The notes beneath the pieces are model-generated. The model did no database searches. It saw only the letters and a program-made list of their open reading frames with translations, and was not told the DNA's origin. A stretch of DNA of 64,000 bases, from NCBI RefSeq assembly GCF_009914755.1, contig NC_060938.1. One strand, 5' to 3'. This document shows, in pieces, positions 54,155-64,000 of the stretch (its first letter is position 1; each line of letters opens with the position of its first letter). Position numbers and translations under genes: made by a program. This stretch comes from the human T2T-CHM13v2.0 reference genome, Homo sapiens.

Positions 54155-57100
54155 TGCGCCTTTTCAGGATAAGACACAACTTATAAAATTCAAATGAAAA
54201 TGAGATAAACTTCAGTGAGAGATAGAACAACATGTTAAAGGATTATGTGGAAGGAGTTTTGGGGGAGGAATTCCTGAAGTTCATAAAGATGAGACTACTT
54301 GAAGAAGAATTTGATTCCTCTCTAAAAAGATTAATAGAACTTACGAGCTTAGGAACTTAGAAGTTCAGCAGGACTGTTTTATCTGCAGCTGTCTTTGGTC
54401 ATAGTCAATATAAAACTCCACATGCTTCACAAATGCGTTTACTCATCTGTTTATGTGACACTAACACTCCGTGGAAGAGATTGTTACAGGAGATAGAGTT
54501 ATTGAGTCAACCCCAGACACTAATCAGGAACTGACTCCACTTTACATGGAGATATCATCAACAGAACATTTGAAAGTGTAGGTATTCAGGGAGCACTGAA
54601 GGAAATACAATAACATTAGAGTTGGAAGTAAACCATGCAGGGAGAAAAAGACCATTTTTTCTCTTTCAAGGATGAACAACTAAAACTGGTCGAGGAAAGT
54701 GTGTCAGAGGGCTCCTCCATCTTGAGAGAATAGGAGGAGGGGATATCTGCCAAGAATGAGAAAAAGAAATGAAGATTTACAACTCAGGAAAAAATGATCA
54801 GTAAAACATTACAAAGCCTTTTAAAGCAACGTGAAGATCTTGTTTGCTACTAGAAACATGAATTTGTGGCGGGCAAGGTACATGTTATTGTGCTGCAGCC
54901 CAGGGAAGGTAATGGAGAAGTAGGTGATTTTGTGTAGTGAGGGACTTGTGACCACTGTTGGTAATAGCACAGAACATAATTATGGAGGGGCAGTAAGGGT
55001 TACATGGTAATAGTTGGCTATTAATATTAGGAGAAGCGCAGGTAGCTAGAAAGGAACAAATGAGTTGAGTCAATTAGAAAGAAATTTAGTTTGAAGTTTT
55101 TGATGAATGTAAAGAGGCAAAAATGAATTACTTTGTGAGACATGGGGGCAAAAAAATATCTGAAACTTTGGGTTTGAAATATGCTATGTGATGACAAGTT
55201 ACAAGGCATGGTTATATGAAGCGTAAACGAGTGATAGAGAGTGAATATGATCATCAATAGCATGAAGGAGAGAAGCTTTTCCTTTTTTAAAAACAGGATG
55301 ATATGGGGTTTCACAATGTATTATTAGAGGTAGTATAGATGTCTGCATGTGTAAGACAGAAAAGAAAAGAGAAGAGAAGAAAAGAAAAGAAAAACAAAAC
55401 ATGCAAACCGGTTTTTGAACTTGTCGAGTAGGGAGAAAGTGGATCCTAGCTTTGAGGATTTGAAAAGAGGGATATAATCATAAAATCATAGAGTAATAGG
55501 TTTGGGAAGAAACTTAGAACTAATATTGTACAATACTATAACTTATAGATGAGGAAGATCATAACCAAGAGAGGAAATTTCTTGTCCAGAAACAGCTACC
55601 TCTTAGATAATGGTTGGGACTAGAATGCAAGGTAGTTAACCTCCCTTGTTCTTGGTAACAGTAAAGATGATGGCTGTGGTGGTAGTGATTTTGAACATAG
55701 TGGTGTAGGCATACATACCAAGAGCTTATTAAATAAGAAAACTTCGTTCCTAGCTAATACAAAATGGAAAGGTAAATTAATGTTTGGCTTTAATGCTCCC
55801 TCCAAAATGTTAGCTCTGTAAGGACAGGGGTTTTTCATCTCTTATTTCTTGGTAACATATCTGATTGAGTTAATACTCATTATATATTTGCAGAATACAT
55901 GAATAAACACACCTTTTTAAAATTTAGAATATGTTGATCAATTAGATGCTATTGTAGAACTATGAGTCTGCTAAAGGGAATGTTATTTTATGAAGCATTT
56001 ATCACTCCAAGTATTCACTAAGTATTGATGGACCATCAGAATACATAACACTTACTCAGCTCATAATATGAACCACATGCTGTACATACATTATTTTTTA
56101 GTCCTCGTAATAACTCTTGAAAGTAATTATTATACCAATGGGGACCTAAGCTTGTATTTAAACTGTCAATTTCTTACTGCTAGAGCTCAGACCAAAAATA
56201 TATAGTGAACTTATTGGGCAGATGTTACAAAAGATAATTTGTGTGATAAAGTCTCTCTTGGGACAGAATACCTCTTTAAACAAAGAAGATGTCAGGCCGA
56301 AGTGGGTTCATCACAAAGCATTAATTGGTAAGTGGACGTTTCTGATTTGATAGATAAAAACCTGTCCCTGTCCCTGTCCTACCTGCATGAATATAGGTGT
56401 GCTTTATGGGCAGAGAAAAAGGCTGCTTCAATAAATGCTGTAATACACAGGGAAATGCAGAATGTGATAGGAAGAGAAACTCCACTATCTCACTTGACAC
56501 AGATCACCAAGAAGACTCGTTGTTGAGAAGGCTCAGGATGATGGTGACAGCATCATGAATATCAAAGGGAAAAGTGGAGATTAGCACTACTTTGAAAGTT
56601 GTGACCTTTTAAACTTGGCTGATGGATCAACAGCATTAGCATCACCTAGAAGCCTTTCAGAAAAGCGGAACCTCAAGCCCAACCCCTGATTTACTATTAG
56701 GAATCTGCATTTTAACAAGCTCCCCATCCTAAAGTATGAGGAGCACTGGTAGGTAGTGCTTTGGGCTAAGCAGTTAGTTGGAGCAGAACCTCCTGGAGCA
56801 GTAGCAATATTAGAAATAGGAGACTTGCCCAGGACTAAGCATAGGACTTATTCTGAAGATCATGTACTGATTAGGTAGATGAATACAGACCCAATGTGAG
56901 CAAATGAGAGAGAATTTAAATAAAATCCTGCTAATTGCTATTAGCATGACTCCATCTGTAAGTACAAGTTAGTGAAGCCTAGGTAAATTGAGGTTTTTGT
57001 CTGTGTTACAAATGAGGACACCAAGACTCAGAGAAGTTAAGTAGCTTGCTCAAGGTGGCACATGCAGGGAATCCATGAAGCGACATACAAGGATGCTGAA

Positions 57101-57240
57101 GTGAAATACAGTTCACACTTCTAAATTAAATCAATAGGAAGCCACTGGCACAATACATTGTATACTTTCAATAATTCTGGTTATAATTAAAGCAGCTTCT
57201 ATTCAAGGGCTGAATGTGATTCTTCTTGTTGGTGGTGAAG

Positions 57241-57543
57241 GTTTTGTTTGTTTGTTTTTTAGAGACAGGGTCTCGCTCTTTCACCCAGGGTGGAGAGCAG
57301 TGACACAATCATAGCTCATTACACTCTCAAACTCCTGGGTTCCAGGGATTCTCCTGCCTCAACCTCCCAGAGAGCTGGCTCTACAGGAACATGCCACTGC
57401 GCCAGCTAATTTTTATTTTTTATTTTTTTGAGATGGGGTTTTGTTGTGTTGCACAGGCTGATCCTGAACACCTGACCTAGAGCCATCCTCCTGCTTGGGC
57501 CTCTCAAAGCTCTGGGACTATAGACATGAGCCACTAAACCCAG
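57241..57543 (-). mobile_element. AluJ-like
   Basis: agagacagggtctcgctct...caatcatagctcatt... Confidence 0.85.
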
Positions 57544-58285
57544 AATGAATGTGTTTTATAAGCATAATCACACTAATTTCTACAGTACTTTCTGGAGATA
57601 AGGATATACACCACTACTTAAACAATATATATTTTCTATCTCTCAGTTAAGAGAGAGAAAGAAGTTGGTGAAGCAGTACTGAACTCCCTCCTGAGGCTAA
57701 AATAGTTCAAAGTGTATTTTTACCTGTATCTTTTAAAACCATGGCACCCCTTTATCACTTTCAAATTCGAATGTGTGACAATTATTAAAAGATCCTTTTA
57801 GCTCTCCTGGTAAAAATGAAAGAGGAATGAAATGAAAATTCAGATTTTATAAACTAGGAATATTTTAAGACTGCAGTGTAGCTATCAAAGTCTGATGATA
57901 ATGTCTGTATTTATCTACAAATGGAATATCGTTGTTTAGTTAATTAGAAATTAAACAATTTAATTAATTTAATTCTTCAGTTAATTTCTTCCAGCCCTTT
58001 AAATATAGTAATATTTGATGATGGGTTCTAATTTACATAGCATGTGCATATGTTATAAGGACACATTTAGTAAAATTAATGGTTTCTTCAAAAATAGCTT
58101 TTTTTTCTTGGAAGAGAAGATTTCTATAAACAAACATTGGACTTTTTCCTTTTATTTTTCCTGAAAAATCAAGACCCATGAAGTGACAACATTTTGTCAG
58201 CTTGTAAAAAACTGCATTAATTATTCCATTCTGACTATTTAATCAGTTTTCTCAGTTTTCCTTTTAAACTTATTCTATTAAACAG

Positions 58286-58308
58286 AATGGCCTTCAGAGC
58301 AATGACAG
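58286..58308 (+). CDS. Candidate 23-nt microexon of an unidentified plus-strand host gene
   Basis: Branch-like ctgac (~58231), long pyrimidine-rich tract, aacag|AATGGCCTTCAGAGCAATGACAG|gtaaga; two frames are open (NGLQSND / MAFRAMT). Confidence 0.5.
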
Positions 58309-59185
58309 GTAAGACAGTGTTTTTTTTTGTTTGTTTTTTGTTTTTTTCCCAGCAAAAGTGTTTTCTTTAAAAAGGCTGCCACACACATCAGTTTTTGCTC
58401 CTTGTTTTCTTTCTTTTGGGAGAATAACTATTTATAAATAATTGCCTACAATAATGTGCACATTCTCAGAGTAAATGCCCCAGATTTGATGATCATTTCA
58501 TGGTAACCCTTTGAAAATCAGCACATTTGCCTTCAAAGATGATAGTGTCAGGTGGTACAATAAATGTAAGTATTTTATCAGCATTATTGTAACAATTTTG
58601 TATCACACCTTGATAGTGTAGATTTGTTTTCTTTGGGGACTTTGACTTTCATGTATCTTCTTTTAATGGGACTTAATACTCATATTTAACAATGTCAAGC
58701 AGAGCATAAGGATGGAGAAAATCTTCAAAATTCTGTGTCTGACTTGCTTATCACTCCGATCTAGGTAGCTCCATTGTTTACCCCAGAATTTTTTACCCTG
58801 TCAATATGACCTTCTATATTCTAGACTCAAGGAGATCATATCTCCACAAAAAGAAGCTGAAGGACAATAATGTTTTTAAAAGAAGTGTGTGGGCTAACAG
58901 TGGCCAAAACAGACCTTTACCAGTGGCTACTGCATTGCGCTTATTTGAATTTAAATGAATGCTTTTCCAAATATATTTCTCTAATATGGAGGCCATCTTT
59001 AGACATCAGCAGCCAGAGCTGTAGTTGGGGAATTATTTATAACTTCCAGAGTAGCCACGTGATTTCCCTTTCTCTCTTTTCCCTGGCATTGTCTCATCAT
59101 CTCATTACTTTACCTCTGGCCTTGTATTGCTTGTACCTCACTTTCAGTGAGAATTTGACCTCCATTTTCTAGACTTATTGTTATA

Positions 59186-59253
<68 letters not shown>

Positions 59254-59413
59254 TGTGAGATTTGAAGTCTCACTATGTTGCCCAGGCTGCAGTGCATTGG
59301 CTATTCACAGGCAATCATAGTGTACCACAGTCTTGAACTCCTGAGCCCAAGCCATCATCCTGCCTCAGCCTCCCAAGCGGGTGGAACTACAGATGCGTGC
59401 CACCACACCTGGA
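59186..59413 (-). mobile_element. FAM (fossil Alu monomer) with tail replaced by (CT)n(GT)n
   Basis: FAM-diagnostic ggctattcacaggc; 16-bp TSD tagacttattKttata at 59170-59185 and 59414-59429. Confidence 0.88.
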
Positions 59414-60886
59414 TAGACTTATTTTTATAGTTGTCATTATTTTTCCTATCCACATGTCAAAATATATTATCACTTATTGTACTAGTTGCAGAGGTGTTTC
59501 TTAGCTTTGTGTTTTTTTGAAAGTGAAGGATCATGCCACTTTCCTATTATCGTTCCTTAGTTGTATATACAACAGGAAATAAGTATCTTTTAAAGATATT
59601 TTGGGAGAGGAAATAAAGAAGAAACCTATTATGTTAGCTGGAATATATTATACATCTCTGGAGAAATAAACTTATTGTAAGCAATTAGGTTTCTGGATTC
59701 TACCTGCTCATCTTCCAAATGCTCTTAAAGAATAAAAGATAAAAATGAGATACAGTTTAATGATGTGATGTATGTAGGCTAGTCAGCTGTATCACTCACT
59801 CATTAATTATAAGGATAAGTTATTATGTGGCTTTACTGGTTCACTTGTTTGTTTCTAGGAGCACTTAAATACTAAAATGTACCATTTTTCAAAAGGAGAG
59901 AGTAACAATTTTTCATATAAATTAACTAATATAATTGCAAATGAGCCTCAAAATCTATTTGGTGAAAATGCAAAAATAAAAAAAAATCCCCAAACTAAAC
60001 AATGTAACACACTACTCTGCGCAGTGCTATGTCCTCAGTTGCTTTCTTAGAGACAACAAAGATACTAAAGTGACATAAATACTAATGTCACCACAGCTGC
60101 CGGTTCTCCAAGTACCTTGTTCTAGATTGTGAAAATTCTTGAGGTGACTAAGGTAATTTTTGAATTGTTTTGAAATGATAATATTACAATTTGAAATTAA
60201 GGAACATATATGAAATAATACATACTATTTTGCATTATAAAATATTTTAGTAATTGTGAAATGCCATTAATATTTTGGTGATTACTCTTACGTCATATGC
60301 ACATATACATAAGCATGCACACAGACAGACATAAAAATGATAGGATCATATAAGACATTGTATAGACTGTTTTATGATAGGGTAATACACTTTTCTTTTC
60401 TTTTTCTTCTTTGTCCAGCTCTTCTGTTCTTTATCCATATCATACTCTATCCCTACTCAAGGTAACCTAGCAACATGTTTATAGTTCCATATGTCTCATT
60501 ATGCTCATATGTCATTTACATGGTATTTTATATACAGGGTTTACACATTTATAGTAAACGATCTTTATATAGTTTATACAATATCTGTTTTTCTTTTCTC
60601 TGCAATACAAACGTGTTTCATATCCCTCAAACACACCCACACCCCTCACTTACACATGTGTTATCACTGTTTGCTTTTGTAAACTTGTGTTCAACGTATA
60701 CACATTAATCATTTAAGCATACCTTGTGGAAATCCTGCCAACTTGACTACTGTGCCTCCAATTTCTTCCTTTTTATCCCATCATAATAAACCTGGCAATA
60801 ATTGATTCAACCATATGCACATTGATATCACTTATGCTGTTTGTTTATTTTTACTACTACAAACATGCTACAACAAAGTTCCGGTA

Positions 60887-61189
<303 letters not shown>

Positions 61190-61549
61190 GTTTCTGTACT
61201 TTATCCTAAAAATTTTAGTGCTTTTTTTAAAATTTTTTATTTTTTATTTTTTATTCTTCAATGGAATAGATTCCCAGGAGAGGGCTTATTGAGTCAAAGA
61301 TTCTGTTTATATTGTCAGTCTGACTTTTAAAAAGCCTATCAAAATCCACATTCCTTTATTCATATGTGAGTATGTCTTCTCACTCAGGCCATCTGTAGTT
61401 ATTATCATTCATTTAAATTTATACCAGTCTATGTGATGGATGTTATCTAATATCTTAGTGTTGTTTTAATTTTATATTGAGCATCTTTTTATGTGTTTGC
61501 GGGCTTTTGTTTTGCTTTCATATGAATATTTTTCCTTTTGTTAAGTAGA

Positions 61550-62035
61550 GCTAGATTTAGTTGCATTAAATAAAACACTGTAAATAATAGTATGTAAAGC
61601 CATATAGAAAGATAAGTTTCTGTTATAAAAGAGATCTAGATGTTAGCAGTGCCTATAATGGTGGCTTTCTACTATAACCTGGGTCCTGGGTCCAGTCTGT
61701 GTTCTGTTGTGCTTAGCATCTTTTACCTGATCCACGAAAATGGGCTGGAACTTTAACCATTAAATCTACATCCCTGGCATGTAGAGACAGGAGGAGGAAA
61801 AGGAGGTGCACTTGCTCCCTCCCTTTAAAATAAATCTTCCCTAAATGCACAAATTTGTTCTGCCTGCCTATATAGTATTAACTGGAAGGTAGGTACTGCC
61901 ACAAATAATTACAATATAGTTTATGAAGTGTAGTGTTTTACATTGTTGGAAGAAGGCCTGCCTTAAATGCAATTTTATCTTACTAAGGTGGAAGGCAAGA
62001 ATATACATTAGGAGGTCAGAGGCATTCTCTGCCAT
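61550..62035. mobile_element. Old MLT1-type MaLR LTR
   Basis: Degenerate MLT1-like text; subfamily not resolvable. Confidence 0.4.
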
Positions 62036-62471
62036 GCTTATCCTTTTCCTACATTACTATTGGATTATCTGTCTTATTTATTAAATTTTGGGTACTACCT
62101 GCTACTGTCAAATCTGTCTTTTTCCTCTTAAGTTTTATGTTTTGGTTAAGAATTCTTCCCAAGTCACTGAATGAATATGATAATATCGTGTTTCTAAGAT
62201 GATATATTGCTTTATTTTGCATAATCAATCTTTGTATATTTTTACAAATAATGTGATGAAAGGATTTAAATTAGATTTTGTCTGTATGGCTATTAAGTAT
62301 GTTAGCATTAGTAAATGATGAAACTCATCATGCTTTTCTCACTAAATTGAAATATGACCCTTGCCACTTACTTTACTTTTATATATACTAAAATATACTT
62401 CTGGACTTTCTCTCTTAATCTATTTTCTGTTATTCTGTCAGTACAATACTAATTTAAATTAATTATTTTCA

Positions 62472-62682
62472 AGTGTTAGCAAACTAGAGCACATTGACGA
62501 ATGCAACCCCCTGCTTGATGTTTGTAAATAAAGTTTTATTGGAACTTACTCATGCCTCTGTTCATTTGCATATCATCTATGGCTGCTTTTGGACTACATT
62601 GGTAGAGCTCAATGGTTATATATTGCCCCAAAGACTAAAATATTAACTGTTAATTCTTTTACACAAAAGTTTCTTGGCCCCT
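62472..62682. mobile_element. MER58A-like hAT fossil
   Basis: tttgtaaataaagttttattggaac...catctatggctgctttt...ggcccct. Confidence 0.8.
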
Positions 62683-62989
62683 AAATGACTAGTTAATGAG
62701 GGAAGGTATTGACCTAATTAAAAGATGTTCAAAAACTAAATACCTGCTAATGTCTAAATATTTATACATGTTAACTGTTTTGAGCAATAAATAAGATGAC
62801 ATATATATGCCAATACAAATTAAACTATTAACAAATTATCAAAACCAATTTTTGATATTAAAACAGATGATGAATTAAGTACCAAAATGTACAGTAAAGT
62901 ATTTCATATTAGTACTTTTTCCATATTCATAAAGTTTTTATTTTTGGGAAGACATTTCTCTTAGGGATTATATCATATTGCATATTAAA

Positions 62990-64000
62990 TATTTTTGTTA
63001 TTTTGATTGCCGGAAACTTTAAACATACATTTAAAATACAGTATAATAAATGCCAAGTACACATTATCCACCTTCAATAATTATCACCAAATGGCTAATC
63101 TTATTCATTCATCTGCCTCTTCTCATTCAACAACTTAAAATATTTATCTCTAACATTGTATTATTTCATCTGTAAATATTTGAGCATTCATTGCTAAAGA
63201 TTAAGAACTTTTAAAAACAAACCTGTGATACTATTATCAGGCTTAAAAAGCTACTATTACCTTATTAATATAATCAAATATCTAATCACTGTTCAAATTT
63301 CCGTATTTGCTTCATAAAGGTTCTTTTCATGATTGTTCTTCTAATCAAGATTCAAATAAATTCCAAGAATTACAATTAGTTGACGTTTCTGAAGTATCTT
63401 CAAGTCTATGAATTTTCATTTCCCACCTCCCTTGCCAGGAATTCCTTGAAGTAAGTAGGCTGCTTTGTTCTATATTGATCCCTCCCATTATGGATTTTGC
63501 TGAATTCCTTTTTTTTTTTACGTTTTGTTATTGATTGTATTTCCTGTGGACTAGTAGCTAGATACAAGATACAGAGGCTTGATAAGATTTAGATTCACAT
63601 TTTAAAATCAATATTCTTCATAGATAGCGTTGTGTACTTCCAACTGTTTTTATCAGGAGGTACATTGTGTCTGGTTTATCTTAAGAATTGAGCTTTCATG
63701 TATTGTGAGCCTAACACATGTGTTAAAAACGTATCCATCTGGTGTTCCCTAATGATATTTTGAGCATTATTGAGAGTCATTATTCATTAGGATATGAACG
63801 TGGTGATATTCTAGGTTTATTTTTCTTTCTTTATTTCTTAGCTGTAAGTCTTCTAGAAAGTAAAACTCGTACCACTTAGGCACAGTTCATGTAACTGTAA
63901 GTTTGATTATTTTCCTTTGTTTGCTGGTTTTCAGAATATCTTGGTTTCCTAGCATCAAACATAATATATATTTTATTTTATTTTATATCTGTTGGATTGA
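62990..64000 (-). mobile_element. L1MC4/5-like 3' fragment
   Basis: ttatttcatctgtaaatatttgagcat, tgttcaaatttcc, atcaggaggtacattgtgtctggt. Confidence 0.6.

Overview
AT-rich, repeat-dense hominid (human/great-ape-type) genomic DNA that looks intronic or intergenic. There is no intact multi-exon protein-coding gene. Most ORFs in the supplied track derive from Alu, L1, SVA-VNTR, Tigger1 or microsatellite sequence, and the rest are short and unsupported. Main elements: an SVA_D-like insertion (minus strand, 16-bp TSD, SINE-R polyadenylated early); a ~15-kb nested LINE-1 stack (old L1M > near-full-length L1MA2/3 > twin-primed L1PA8A, THE1D LTR and Alus); Tigger1; MER31A and MLT1 LTRs; a young AluYi6-like copy; and many L2/MIR/MER5 fossils. 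Two non-repeat signals stand out. (1) A decayed multi-exon gene on the minus strand at ~12.2-19.9 kb, whose exon sizes, phase-0 introns and residual cysteine pattern line up exon by exon with the CSF1/IL-34/KITLG/FLT3LG short-chain four-helix cytokine family; it is a candidate lost class III RTK ligand. (2) A 23-nt microexon with strong splice sites on the plus strand (58286-58308), suggesting the window lies inside a large plus-strand host gene. All protein and repeat comparisons were made by eye against remembered sequences and need database confirmation. Boundaries of old repeats are approximate.
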